DNA of 64,000 nt from contig OZ252146.1 in assembly GCA_965248735.1 (NCBI GenBank), positions 4,120,756-4,184,755 on the forward strand, read 5' to 3'. Below are positions 50,032 to 59,846 of this stretch, piece by piece. The translations under genes and the position numbers were made by a program. Under the pieces are notes generated by a model. The model saw only the letters and a list, made by a program, of their open reading frames with translations, was not told the DNA's origin and searched no databases. How positions within the stretch are numbered: position 1 is the stretch's first letter; every line of letters begins with the position of its first letter. The DNA comes from Candidatus Aldehydirespirator sp. GTDB taxonomy: Bacteria > Actinomycetota > Acidimicrobiia > Acidimicrobiales > Aldehydirespiratoraceae.

Positions 50032-53000
50032 CTATTCTGATTCTGCTTCTAAGTCGACAAGTTCGATGAGTTGTTCAACTTCGCAGAGGTGAGTCCCGGC
50101 ATCCCACTCCGATGCGAGGCACTGCGCCACCGATATCCATGCTGATTCGTTGGTGTCTTCTCCAGTCAGGAGTGGTCTGACACACTGTGCTGCGAGACTT
50201 GGTTCTGGACTTGTTACATCCAGTTCCGCCTGTACCCTGGCACAAAAGTAGCCGATGCCGCTCAGCAGTGCATCGGCTACCCGGTCGCCCGACATACTAG
50301 TGAGTTGCTCTCCCGCTGTTTCTAAATTGGAAGAGAATGCTTGGATGGCGTCTTGGATCCTATCATGCGCTCGTTGCTCCTCAGGCAGGTCGTTCACACC
50401 CGACAGTCCTTGCAGCGCGAAGACAGCTTGGTTGAATATGCCGGTGAGTCTGCCTGCGTGTGCCTCAGGTAGTTTGTCCAACCCGCTGGGGTTAGGAGTA
50501 GGCCAAAGATCATTGATCAGGCTGAAGGCCATTCCCGGTACCGGTCGGGTGTTGCGAAGCGGCACGAATAGAAGTGTCTCGTCGGCTCTCTGGTCTTGTC
50601 GGAGAGCAACCATTAGCTTGTGGACCGCTTCATGCCACTCAACGAGCGAATCGAGCGTTACGGATACGCGGTATTCCCTTACGGCGGTCCAGCCGCGGTC
50701 GTAGTCGAATACTCTTGCCTGGAGTCCTGTGTTATAGCAGGTAGACTGGATCTGCTTGAGGCGCTTCTGCTGTCTGCGCTCATTGGTGGCGCGGCATATT
50801 CTTGCGCCTCGTTGCAACGCGCTGGAGGGTTTACCTGATCTAGCGGCCTGCCGGATCTTGCCGATATCGGCATCGCCATTGGCTAGTTCACTGACTACAT
50901 CGCGGAGGTCGTCTAGCGTGGACCTGAGTTCTTCAAGGCTGGGAGGGTAGCCGTCGAGCCCGATGAGTCGCCACTGCTCCCTGAGTGTCCCGGCGAGATT
51001 CTTGCCGATGATCGTGTCGGAGATGTACGCCGTCAGAGCCCGATAGCCATCGGGGCCTTGCAGCCGGAGGAATGCACTGTCGGTGATGTTGAGGATCGTG
51101 GCGGAGAGATTGTCCGTTAGATCTGGGGTTCGTCGCTCCAAGATGGCGGTGTCGCCGATCTGTGTCGTGAGGGCCGGTCGTAGCGCCCGTGCGCATTCGT
51201 GGAGCAATCTGCGTTGCTGGCCTAAGCCGGGACCGGGTGACGATCGCCCGGTTAGAAGCGCAGCGCCCGCACGTTGGACCAGATCGTTTGCTTGGCCAAG
51301 CAGTGGAAGTGCTTCCGTTAGCCGGACCGTGTCCGCTTCACCTACCAGAGCGACAGCAGCCCGGACGCGCGCCTGTGCCCAGGCGACACTGGATGCTGCC
51401 GGGGCGTATTGCCGCTGGAGCCGACTAACGCCGGCGGGGTCGCCGCCTATAGCCGGTTCTAGGTTGCCCGGCCAGAGGGCCTTTATGTCGACGGAAGCGA
51501 TCCGGGGAAGGCACCAGAGAAGGGTCCGCCCCAAGCTGTGGGCCTGCTCCTGCATGTCTCCCTGCACATCGTCTGAGACGTGGAGGAATCGGGCAAACCC
51601 GACCGGGCCATCCTCACCTTCCCGGATCCCTATCTGGGTAATCCACGGGTTGCCGACACGGATGCGCTGGATCAGAGCCTGCTCCCCGCCGACGCCCTCC
51701 ACGAGCGCTTGTGCCACCCGCGGATCGGCGTCGCGCGCCGCGGACATGCAGTCCCTGAGGTCTTCGAGCGGCGCTTCGCGCAGCGCCAACGCGAGCGGTG
51801 AGTCCTGATCGAAGGTGTTCTCTACGGCTCTCGCAAGGTCCGGGCCCGTGTTAGCGAGCGTGGCGAGCAGCAGCGTTGCTCTGCCGGTGTCACTCGCTGA
51901 GGTGAGGAGTTGGGCGATGGCCTCTCGTCCGGCAGCCTCGAGGAGTCCGTCGCGGGAGTCTCGTCCGGGAACGGCGACAAGGGCCCTATGGGCTGTCTGG
52001 AGATCATCTGTGAGGAAATCCGGAGGCTCGCCGCCTTGTACTGCCATAGCGAACAGCGTTGGACGGTTCGTGGGTGGAACATCGTGCTGCTCGGCGACCT
52101 CGTTCCAGGCTCTTGCCAGTTCTTGGAAGTCGGCGAGGCGGAGACCTTGAAGGCACGCAGCGACGCGTTCCAACTCCAGGTCGCCGCTGCCGGCTTGGTC
52201 GGCGACGATGCCACGAGCTTCGGGGTTGTCTTCGAGCATCGCCGCGATGAACCTGTGGAGCTGCGCTGTAGGCACGAGGGGAATCGCCTTCTGGATGGTC
52301 ACGTCGATGGCAGGCGGCGGGAGCGCGTGGACCGCTTGGCAAATGGCGGTGGATCTGAGCCGGTGCAGCCCTCCCATCTGACCGTCCCGCTCAACAACGA
52401 GATGCTCAGTGTCAAGCCGGTCCAAGGCTCTTCGCAGATCGTGATCGGACAGCCCGCAGGCCCGTGCCACATTCGCTGTTGAGACGGTGGCCGACCAGCG
52501 ATCGGCCACCGAGACGAGGGCCAGGACCTTGAGCTCTTGGTCTCGGTTCTCGCGGATGCGCCGCCGGACCTGATCGTCGATCACGTCGCTGAGCCGCTTC
52601 CCTCTCGTAAGGAGGTGTGTGAACTCGAGTGTAAGTCCGCGCGACTGTTCGAAGGCTTCACGCCAGTGGGCGACAGTGGTCGCACCGCTGCCGAAGAGTT
52701 CTCCGTGGATCGTCTCAGCGGCGCGCTCGTCTAGCTGTACGGCGACAGTGGCACATTCCGCCAGGTCGCCGAGGGCCGCCAAATCCTCGTGTCTCGCTGT
52801 CGCCACGACGAACATGCCCGGTACGGCTGCCGCCTCGGCCCGCAGACGTGCCCAGCCCGTGAAGTCGCCCGTGCCAGCAGAATCGACCAGGAATCCGATC
52901 GGGACGCTAGGCGAGGCACAGTAGGCGTGAGCGAGGCGGACGATGGCTGGCACGTCTTCGTCGGCGAGCCGTCGGACACGGAACCAGGCGACGCCCCGAA

Positions 53001-54072
53001 GCTCCGGTTCTCGTGGGATGGTCCACAGGACGGCGCTCTTGCCCACGCCCGACGGGCCGGTAATCACTACAGCGGACCGCTCGCCCAACCCAGACAGAAC
53101 CCTCTCAATGACATCGCCCCGGCGTACGACTAGCCCTGATTCGACGTGGAAGGGTTGAGTGGCAGCGCCCTCATAGAACCGTTCACGGCTGTTGGTGGCC
53201 TCATGGACGCCGTACTCCAGCGGCTCGCAGATGCCCAGATGGATAGCGGCCTCAAGCGACTCAACGTTGACCATTCCCGCGATCCTTGTGATCTCGCTCG
53301 CGAGCTGAGTCCGATCGAGACGTCGCCTTTGCTCGTAGATGGGAGTGTCGTTGTCGTCCGCCGCGCTGGCGAGGAAGACACGGAGCTGGTCGGCGACAAG
53401 GCGCAGGGCCGCCGGGGGCAACTCCAACTGTTCGCTCAGGGCAGCAACGGTCTCGGCTGTGATGTCGTCCCACGAGATGCCTGCGACCACGGTGGACGAC
53501 AGCAGCCGACCGACATCCATCCCAAGCTCACTGCCCTTTTCCTTCAGGCTGTTGAGAAGTTGTGAGCCGTCCACCAGGGACCCTGCCAAGGTCCTATCGA
53601 GATCATGCGACGGGGTCTCCCCCTTTACGCCCCTTTCGAACACGACCACGAGCCTCGACCCCGGCTCGTCCCGACCGGCATGCCGCGCCCACGCGTCCAT
53701 GATGTGCCCGGCCGCCTGGGCTGCTGAGAACAGGCCTAGACGCTCCACCTTCGACTTGACCTGGACATGCCAATGCGTCCCGCCCTCCAGCAACACGTCC
53801 TCCGAACCCTCGGGCACGACTAGGACATTCGGAATGGTCCCCGCTGCCACCTTCGCTGCGAGCCAAGTCACGGCAGCGTCTTGGAAATGGATGCCCCGAC
53901 CGGTCCGCGCCCCATGCCGCTCGCCCTTCCAACGAAGGGCAGGCCCGCTGCCGTCGCTGTCGTCCGTTAGGCCCTCCCCGCCTGGTCCAGCTTCCCGGCC
54001 GCCAGCTCCACGACCTGGAGGGAGCGGCCCGCTGGCCGACTTCCTCCGCTTCTTCCTGCGCTTGCCTGACAC
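50032..54072 (-). CDS. Large PD-(D/E)xK nuclease + STAND P-loop NTPase protein (Avs-like architecture)
   Basis: GRGIHFQD...PEGSEDV...VQVKSK (Cap4/DUF4297-like nuclease); ITGPSGVGKS Walker A; FLVD Walker B; wHTH-like segment; long helical C-terminus. Confidence 0.7.
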   Translation of the reverse strand: MSGKRRKKRRKSASGPLPPGRGAGGREAGPGGEGLTDDSDGSGPALRWKGERHGARTGRGIHFQDAAVTWLAAKVAAGTIPNVLVVPEGSEDVLLEGGTHWHVQVKSKVERLGLFSAAQAAGHIMDAWARHAGRDEPGSRLVVVFERGVKGETPSHDLDRTLAGSLVDGSQLLNSLKEKGSELGMDVGRLLSSTVVAGISWDDITAETVAALSEQLELPPAALRLVADQLRVFLASAADDNDTPIYEQRRRLDRTQLASEITRIAGMVNVESLEAAIHLGICEPLEYGVHEATNSRERFYEGAATQPFHVESGLVVRRGDVIERVLSGLGERSAVVITGPSGVGKSAVLWTIPREPELRGVAWFRVRRLADEDVPAIVRLAHAYCASPSVPIGFLVDSAGTGDFTGWARLRAEAAAVPGMFVVATARHEDLAALGDLAECATVAVQLDERAAETIHGELFGSGATTVAHWREAFEQSRGLTLEFTHLLTRGKRLSDVIDDQVRRRIRENRDQELKVLALVSVADRWSATVSTANVARACGLSDHDLRRALDRLDTEHLVVERDGQMGGLHRLRSTAICQAVHALPPPAIDVTIQKAIPLVPTAQLHRFIAAMLEDNPEARGIVADQAGSGDLELERVAACLQGLRLADFQELARAWNEVAEQHDVPPTNRPTLFAMAVQGGEPPDFLTDDLQTAHRALVAVPGRDSRDGLLEAAGREAIAQLLTSASDTGRATLLLATLANTGPDLARAVENTFDQDSPLALALREAPLEDLRDCMSAARDADPRVAQALVEGVGGEQALIQRIRVGNPWITQIGIREGEDGPVGFARFLHVSDDVQGDMQEQAHSLGRTLLWCLPRIASVDIKALWPGNLEPAIGGDPAGVSRLQRQYAPAASSVAWAQARVRAAVALVGEADTVRLTEALPLLGQANDLVQRAGAALLTGRSSPGPGLGQQRRLLHECARALRPALTTQIGDTAILERRTPDLTDNLSATILNITDSAFLRLQGPDGYRALTAYISDTIIGKNLAGTLREQWRLIGLDGYPPSLEELRSTLDDLRDVVSELANGDADIGKIRQAARSGKPSSALQRGARICRATNERRQQKRLKQIQSTCYNTGLQARVFDYDRGWTAVREYRVSVTLDSLVEWHEAVHKLMVALRQDQRADETLLFVPLRNTRPVPGMAFSLINDLWPTPNPSGLDKLPEAHAGRLTGIFNQAVFALQGLSGVNDLPEEQRAHDRIQDAIQAFSSNLETAGEQLTSMSGDRVADALLSGIGYFCARVQAELDVTSPEPSLAAQCVRPLLTGEDTNESAWISVAQCLASEWDAGTHLCEVEQLIELVDLEAESE

Positions 54073-54257
54073 ATCGCCATCATCGCAGCAGACTGTGACG
54101 TCTGTTTGATCTTGCGCTGACAGTGGTGCACGTGGTCACCCTGGATCGAACGCACCTTGTGGCTCGCCTCGAATGTCGCATCTGCGCTCTATGGTGCTGA
54201 CCACGAACGGGCCGCCAAGGCGGGCGACGCGACGCAGACACTCCCAGGAGACCCCGA

Positions 54258-56282
54258 ATGAGATTGCATCAGGCGAGGGTACGAAACTACCGCAGCATCC
54301 GCGACACCGGTTGGTTCAGCGTGGAGGACGCCAAGACGATCCTGGTCGGGCCAAACGAGGCTGGCAAGACAGCGTTGCTTGAAGCGCTCCGACAGATCAA
54401 CACCACCGATGAGGCGCGAGGATTCGACCCTTTGCGGGACTACCCGCGCAAGATCTACAACGACGACATCCAGTCCGGCCGCTGCGATCCCAGCGACATC
54501 CCCGTCGCCGCTGCCAGGTTCAAGCCTGAGCCCGATGATCTCGATGGGCTTTCTGAGGGCTTCACGAAAGCGACCTATCGCTGCACCCGATATCTCGACA
54601 ACAGTTTCAAGCACAAGATCGAGGGCGGGCCACAGCCCGTCGTCTTTGACGACCGGGTGCGCAAGGATCTGCTACGCATGGCGTCCCACGTCGACAAACA
54701 AACCGCCGACGAGCGGGACGCCGACGAGCAACCTCCCAGCGGCGATCTCGCAGAGATCATCGAGGAGTGGCAGGTAGGCACAACGAAGATTGACGGCGAC
54801 CGCGCAACCGAACTGCAGGAATGGCTCGACTCAATCGGCGTCAAGATAGACGAGAACAACACCACCGAGGAGAACCGCCACAACCGGCTCCTCGAATACA
54901 CACGCATCCCCCAGCAGCGCGCCACGGCTCTTGGTGCGTTCAAGGCCCGGCTACCGGTGTTCGTCTACTACAGCAACTACTTCCGAGTACGCCCCAACAT
55001 CCACCTACGCCGATTCGCGGACCGCACCGAGCATCACCCCCTCGATGACGAGCGTTACGACTACGGGAACCTGTGCCTGCTCAAGCTGCTCGGCTTCACC
55101 GCTCGTCAACTCGCGAACCTCGGGGACGCACCTGACCCCGGGGACGATGCGGACGCGTTCGAGAGCTATCGCGGCCAGCTCGACGAGCGCCGCTTCCAAC
55201 TCAACGCTGCCAGCCTCAGCCTCACTAAGCAGATCAACTCAGCCTGGAACCCCGATCATTCCCGCGCCGAGGCCGACCGGGTGCTAATCCAAGCGGACGG
55301 GCAGTATCTCAAGGTCGTGGTCCAAGATGAACTCGGGGTCGAGGTTGAGTTCGACCAGCGTTCCGCTGGGTTCCAGTGGCTGGTGTCGTTCTTCGTGGTG
55401 TTCTTCGCCGAAGCCCAAGGTGCCCACGCCAACGCCATCCTGCTGCTCGACGAGCCTGGTCTGAGCCTCCACGGTCTCAAGCAGCGCGAGTTCCGTCAGA
55501 CAGTCTCGCAGCTAGCCGAAACGAACCAGACCCTGTACACGACCCACTCGCCGTTTCTGGTCGGCCCTGACGAACTCGATCTGGTCCGGGTCGTGGAGAT
55601 GACCGATCGCGACACCGGGACTGAAGTCCACACCGGCGTCACAGCCGGCGACCCGGCCGCTCTACTGCCTCTGCAGGAGGCGCTCGGTTATGACCTCGCC
55701 CAGAGCCTTTTCGCCCAGCGGCGCAATCTGGTCCTCGAAGGACTGACCGACTACTGGTACTTCGAAGCCACGGCCCAACTGCTACGCGACGCACGCATCG
55801 CTGACCTGAACGACAAGATCGCCTTGATGCCAGCCGAGGGCGCCGGGAAGGTCGTGTACTTCGCCACCATTCTCTACGCCAACAGACTCAAGGTCGCTGC
55901 CCTGCTCGACTCCGACAACGCCGGCGACAACGCTGCCAAGAAGGACACTCTGATTCACGCTCTCGGCTACAACAACATCCTCCGCACCGCCGACGTCTGC
56001 CCCGGCTCGATCACCAAGCCTGAGATCGAAGACCTCCTGCGCGACACCCTCGTCGTCGTCGCCAAGACCGAACTCGGCTGGGACATCACCGAGGTGGCTG
56101 CCAGCCAACCTCGCCGGCCGATCCTCCAGATCTTCAAGCAACAAGTATCTGGCTTTCACAAGTACCCACTTGCGAAGGCATACCTTCGCTGGACACGCGA
56201 CCACACCGCCGACGACCTCACCAGCGGCGAACGGGATGCGTGGAGCGAGCTCATCACCCGGGTCAACAAGGCTCTCAAGTGA
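54258..56282 (+). CDS. OLD-family ATP-dependent nuclease (ABC ATPase + TOPRIM)
   Basis: VRNYRSI, GPNEAGKT, RSAGFQW, LLLDEP, TTHSP; TOPRIM VLEGLTD and LLDSD. Confidence 0.85.
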   Translation: MRLHQARVRNYRSIRDTGWFSVEDAKTILVGPNEAGKTALLEALRQINTTDEARGFDPLRDYPRKIYNDDIQSGRCDPSDIPVAAARFKPEPDDLDGLSEGFTKATYRCTRYLDNSFKHKIEGGPQPVVFDDRVRKDLLRMASHVDKQTADERDADEQPPSGDLAEIIEEWQVGTTKIDGDRATELQEWLDSIGVKIDENNTTEENRHNRLLEYTRIPQQRATALGAFKARLPVFVYYSNYFRVRPNIHLRRFADRTEHHPLDDERYDYGNLCLLKLLGFTARQLANLGDAPDPGDDADAFESYRGQLDERRFQLNAASLSLTKQINSAWNPDHSRAEADRVLIQADGQYLKVVVQDELGVEVEFDQRSAGFQWLVSFFVVFFAEAQGAHANAILLLDEPGLSLHGLKQREFRQTVSQLAETNQTLYTTHSPFLVGPDELDLVRVVEMTDRDTGTEVHTGVTAGDPAALLPLQEALGYDLAQSLFAQRRNLVLEGLTDYWYFEATAQLLRDARIADLNDKIALMPAEGAGKVVYFATILYANRLKVAALLDSDNAGDNAAKKDTLIHALGYNNILRTADVCPGSITKPEIEDLLRDTLVVVAKTELGWDITEVAASQPRRPILQIFKQQVSGFHKYPLAKAYLRWTRDHTADDLTSGERDAWSELITRVNKALK

Positions 56283-56309
56283 CGAGAGCCCTGAACCGTC
56301 GGGCTGGGG

Positions 56310-56456
56310 TCAGGCGGGCTTGGGCCGGCGCCAGCGGCGCCAGAAGAACAATGCCTCGGGCAGTGCCCCCCGATTGACGATGGTGCTCGGGTACGGGCTC
56401 AGCTCGTATGGCCCTCGCCGATGTGGGCTGTCGTCGGACTTGTCGGTCGGCTCCAT
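56310..56456 (-). CDS. Possible 48-aa small protein
   Basis: ATG 4 nt after the stop of the upstream membrane gene; MEPTDKSDD...FFWRRWRRPKPA; no other support. Confidence 0.25.
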   Translation of the reverse strand: MEPTDKSDDSPHRRGPYELSPYPSTIVNRGALPEALFFWRRWRRPKPA

Positions 56457-56460
56457 GGGC

Positions 56461-56943
56461 TCACGCTACTGCTAGGACGGCGGCGATGAGGATGCATGTG
56501 GCGACGAAGCTGATGAAGGCCTGAACGGTGACCCAGAGCCTCACTCGGCGCACGATCGGCTCGTGGCGCTCGTAGTGGTCGCTGAGGGTCTCGACCAAGT
56601 GGTCCAGCAGCGCCGGATAGCCGTTGTGGCGATTGGGGAAACTGCGCACCAGTTGGTCGATCTTGGGGCCTTCGTGCCACGCCACGGGCGCGCTGTGAAC
56701 GGCGACCCAGCACAGGCCGTTGGCGACAGCGATCACCAGCGCTATAACACCGGCGGTACTGGCTTCGAGGCTGCTCGCCTCGACGGCGGGGGACGCCAGC
56801 AGGGCGGTCACGAGAGCACCGATGGTGAGGAACCCGCCGGCAAGCACCGCTGAGCGCTGCTGGTGCGCCGCGAGACGGGCATCCTGCTTGCGGCGTAACT
56901 CGGCCGCCTGGCGCAGGATTTCCTCTCGGGTCTCGATGCTCAC
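56461..56943 (-). CDS. Hypothetical membrane protein (about 3 TM; Pycsar/SLATT-effector-like topology)
   Basis: Two N-terminal hydrophobic helices, a soluble loop, and a C-terminal hydrophobic helix. Confidence 0.6.
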   Translation of the reverse strand: MSIETREEILRQAAELRRKQDARLAAHQQRSAVLAGGFLTIGALVTALLASPAVEASSLEASTAGVIALVIAVANGLCWVAVHSAPVAWHEGPKIDQLVRSFPNRHNGYPALLDHLVETLSDHYERHEPIVRRVRLWVTVQAFISFVATCILIAAVLAVA

Positions 56944-57123
56944 GGAACCATCTCTAGCGGGCTGACTTGATACTTCCTACCTTTCCGATATATTTCCGTA
57001 ACGGCGAATCTGGAGCCATCCCAAGTACATGTGTGGCCAAGGCAGCTAAGGAGGCCGCAAGCCGATTGCCAACCGACGCCCGCGACACATGGACGCGAGC
57101 TTGGAAGCGCAAACGGTACGTGG

Positions 57124-58272
57124 TCACATGACTTCCAGCCGCTCGGCCATGCCGTTGAACGTCGCGAGCTTCTTCAACCCGAGCATCTGGAATGCATCGG
57201 CATAGAGCGTTTGGCCCTCGAGGGTGCTGACGATGACGGACCGGGCGAACCGCTTGCTGACTCGTGCCGGCTGGGTGTTGTAGAAGTCGCCGCCGCCACC
57301 ACCCGCGCCGATCAAATCCATGACGCGTCTGAACTCGGTGCTGTACGCCCGCCGGTAGGCGTCCCACGGGAGATATCCAGCCTCGTGCACCCGGCGAAGC
57401 ACCACGAGCGTGCTCGACTTGAATCGGCGCGCCAGGCGATCGAGTTCGTCCGTGAGGTCTGCACGGGCGTTGAAGTCCGATTGCAGCGCCTCAAGCGGAA
57501 CCAGCACCTCGGCGGCGACTCGGTTGCACCAGCGCTCGACCTCGTGAGTGGCCTGAACGCCTAGATCGGCGTCGGACAGGGCGCTCTCCCCGAGCCAGAT
57601 GTGGGCCAGCTCGTGCGCCAGTGTGAAGATCTGCGCGGCCTTCGTGTCGGCGCCGTTCACGAAGACGAGCGGTGCCAGAGGATCGGTGAGCGCGAACCCT
57701 CTGAACTCGGCGGGGTTGAGTTTGCGGCGGGTGTTGCTTCCCACCACGCCGCTGACCATCACAAGCACACCGCTGTCCTCGGCCTGGTCGCGCAGGTAGC
57801 CGAACGCCTCGGACCAATTCGATCCCCTTTGCTCAATCGAGAACGACATCGCGGCTGTCACTGCCGGGGCCGCCTCGTCGACTGGCGTGGCCGCCGAGAG
57901 CGAACCAACGTAGGGAACCGGGTCTAGTCCGATCCCGCGGGCGTAGTCGCGGTACCAGTCCTGTCGCTGTTGGCACTGGTAGATCGTGTCGAGGAGGTCG
58001 GGACTCGGACGCCTGACGCCTCTATCGCCGACCGTGCGGAGGTCGGGGATGGGAACTTCGTCGTCAGGCGGTGCAGGCAGGAAGAAGTAGCCCACGGGCG
58101 TTCGGGTCGCCCTCGCGAACCCTTCGAGCTGCTTCAACGTGGGCGAGTGCTCGCCGCTCTCCCACTGCTGGAGCTTGGGGAACTTGTCAGCGAGCTCGTC
58201 CGCGCCGAGGCCCGACCGCTCCGCAGCCCACGCGTAGAGCGGCGCGGCCACGTCAACGCGGACAGCCACCAT
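57124..58272 (-). CDS. XRE-HTH + ImmA/IrrE metallopeptidase
   Basis: N-terminal HTH (LQQWESGEHSPTLKQLEGFA); FTLAHELAH (HExxH); EVERWCNRVAAEVL. Confidence 0.9.
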   Translation of the reverse strand: MVAVRVDVAAPLYAWAAERSGLGADELADKFPKLQQWESGEHSPTLKQLEGFARATRTPVGYFFLPAPPDDEVPIPDLRTVGDRGVRRPSPDLLDTIYQCQQRQDWYRDYARGIGLDPVPYVGSLSAATPVDEAAPAVTAAMSFSIEQRGSNWSEAFGYLRDQAEDSGVLVMVSGVVGSNTRRKLNPAEFRGFALTDPLAPLVFVNGADTKAAQIFTLAHELAHIWLGESALSDADLGVQATHEVERWCNRVAAEVLVPLEALQSDFNARADLTDELDRLARRFKSSTLVVLRRVHEAGYLPWDAYRRAYSTEFRRVMDLIGAGGGGGDFYNTQPARVSKRFARSVIVSTLEGQTLYADAFQMLGLKKLATFNGMAERLEVM

Positions 58273-58575
58273 GACCCATTCTGGCCTCGGCTGCGGTCAG
58301 ATTGCAGCATCCTCGTCCGAGTCGGCCGCCCCGGCGGTGTCGGGCAGGACGGCTTGTCCGACGTAACGGTCGTGCGTGGCTACCGTGCGTGTCGTTGGCA
58401 CCCTCGGCATTGCCGCCCCCAATTTGATGGCCCCCCGGCATCTTCGCACAGTGCAGCGACAACGAGAAGCGGTAGGGCGTGTGAAGGCGCCGTGGAGCGG
58501 CCTGCCGCATGCGCCTAGCACGGCGTCTGGTGCGACACAGAAAATGCTTGTCTGGGGCTTGGCCGGCTTGCGGCA

Positions 58576-58622
58576 GCCGATAATCGCTCTTGTGCGATCA
58601 TCGTGTTTGTGCAATTATCGGC
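58576..58622. promoter_or_regulatory. 9-bp inverted repeat upstream of a TA operon (candidate antitoxin operator)
   Basis: GCCGATAAT (58576-58584) and ATTATCGGC (58614-58622), 3 nt before GTG 58626. Confidence 0.55.
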
Positions 58623-58625
58623 CAT

Positions 58626-58949
58626 GTGGCAGAGATTGAGGCTCACGACGAGGTTGTCGATTGGCTGGACGGCCTCACCGACGTCGAGTGGGACCGAACG
58701 GCTGTAGTGATCGATCGCCTCGCGGTGGTCGGTCAGCAGGCACGGATGCCCTTGTCTCGCAGCCTCGGTGACGGGTTGTTCGAGCTTCGGTTCTCGCTGG
58801 GCTCAACCGCTCGGCGGATCACGTACCGGTTCCGCTCGGACGGTCGCATCGTCTTGTTGACGACATTCCGAAAGCAGCGCAACAACGAATGGGCCGAGGT
58901 GGCGAGAGCCCGCAAGGCCGCCGAGCACTGCGCTCGCAACGATCCCTGA
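58626..58949 (+). CDS. RelE/ParE-superfamily toxin (HigB/Gp49-like)
   Basis: VVDWL...SLGDGLFELRF...RITY...IVLLTTFRKQ; toxin-first gene order. Confidence 0.85.
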   Translation: MAEIEAHDEVVDWLDGLTDVEWDRTAVVIDRLAVVGQQARMPLSRSLGDGLFELRFSLGSTARRITYRFRSDGRIVLLTTFRKQRNNEWAEVARARKAAEHCARNDP

Positions 58950-58958
58950 AAGGAGAAC

Positions 58959-59282
58959 ATGATGGCGAACCATTCCCGTTGGGAGGAAATCAAGAAGAGG
59001 CGGGGCGAGCCTTCCTCAGAGGCCCGTGCCGGCGTCGAGCAGGATCTCGCGCTCGGCCAGCTCATTTATGACCTGCGCATCGACGCCGGGATGAGCCAGC
59101 GTGAGCTGGCCGAGTGTATGGGCACCACTCAGTCGGTGATCTCCCGGCTGGAGGAGGGTGGAGGCGCTCGCAATCGGATCGACACGCTCGCGCGGGTGGC
59201 CACCGCCTTAGGCCGACACCTAGTGCTGTCGTTCCCCGCCACGGTTCCCGACCGGCTTGAAGACGCAATCCAGGTCGCATAA
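58959..59282 (+). CDS. XRE-family HTH antitoxin (HigA-like)
   Basis: AGMSQRELAECMGTTQSVISRLE; AAGGAG RBS. Confidence 0.88.
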   Translation: MMANHSRWEEIKKRRGEPSSEARAGVEQDLALGQLIYDLRIDAGMSQRELAECMGTTQSVISRLEEGGGARNRIDTLARVATALGRHLVLSFPATVPDRLEDAIQVA

Positions 59283-59310
59283 CCGGCCGCTCGGCACGAC
59301 CAAGCTGAAC

Positions 59311-59373
59311 TCGGCTAACGGCGGTGGAACGACCCACTCCCGTCGCTTGGGCACGGTGCTCAGCCGGGCGGGG
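59311..59373. repeat. Repeat R2 copy a (fossil of the antitoxin-stop/toxin-start junction at 60804-60866)
   Basis: 57/63 identical by manual alignment. Confidence 0.85.
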
Positions 59374-59422
59374 GCTACTCACCACAGTCCGGAATCCGGT
59401 CGATGCGTCCCGCGACGAGTGG

Positions 59423-59842
59423 CTAGCGCTCTTCGGCGGTCGGGTCTGCAGTCCTGGAGCCAACGAGAAGCTGGACGGGCTCGGCGTCGGGGAATGTCAC
59501 GATGAGCTGGAGTTCGCCGCCGGTTGCTCGGATGAACGAGCGAAGCGTCGACAGGAGCATGTTGCTGCGGTGCTCCAGCCTGGACACCTCCGACTGGTCC
59601 ATCTCCAACAGTTCCGCAATCGTCGCCTGCGTCAGCTCTCGTGCCTTACGGACATGCGCGAGCGTTGTCTGACGCTCGTTGATCTCGGCCAGGACCGCCT
59701 CCATGCGTTCTCGCGCCCGGGAGTCGGCCTTCACCTCGTCATAGAAGGCGTCGGGTGTGATCTTGTGCTGCCACGCGTCAGGAGGGACCTCGCCAATCGA
59801 GGCCTCATCTGCGGGTAGGTGTCTGGGGTGTGCTGCTTCCAT
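59423..59842 (-). CDS. XRE-family HTH antitoxin (start uncertain)
   Basis: RKARELTQATIAELLEMDQSEVSRLE...LSTLRSFIRATGGEL; the listed ATG lies inside repeat R1. Confidence 0.8.
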   Translation of the reverse strand: MEAAHPRHLPADEASIGEVPPDAWQHKITPDAFYDEVKADSRARERMEAVLAEINERQTTLAHVRKARELTQATIAELLEMDQSEVSRLEHRSNMLLSTLRSFIRATGGELQLIVTFPDAEPVQLLVGSRTADPTAEER

Positions 59843-59846
59843 GCCT
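59766..59846. repeat. Repeat R1 copy a (about 80 bp)
   Basis: 69/81 identical to 61349-61428. Confidence 0.85.

Noticed and set aside
54258-56282. Gabija or retron call for the OLD-like gene
   Set aside because: No UvrD helicase or reverse transcriptase neighbour in the window.
58574-58601. dif/Xer-like site (AGCCGATAA half)
   Set aside because: Only one arm resembles actinobacterial dif as I recall it; better explained as part of the 9-bp inverted repeat.
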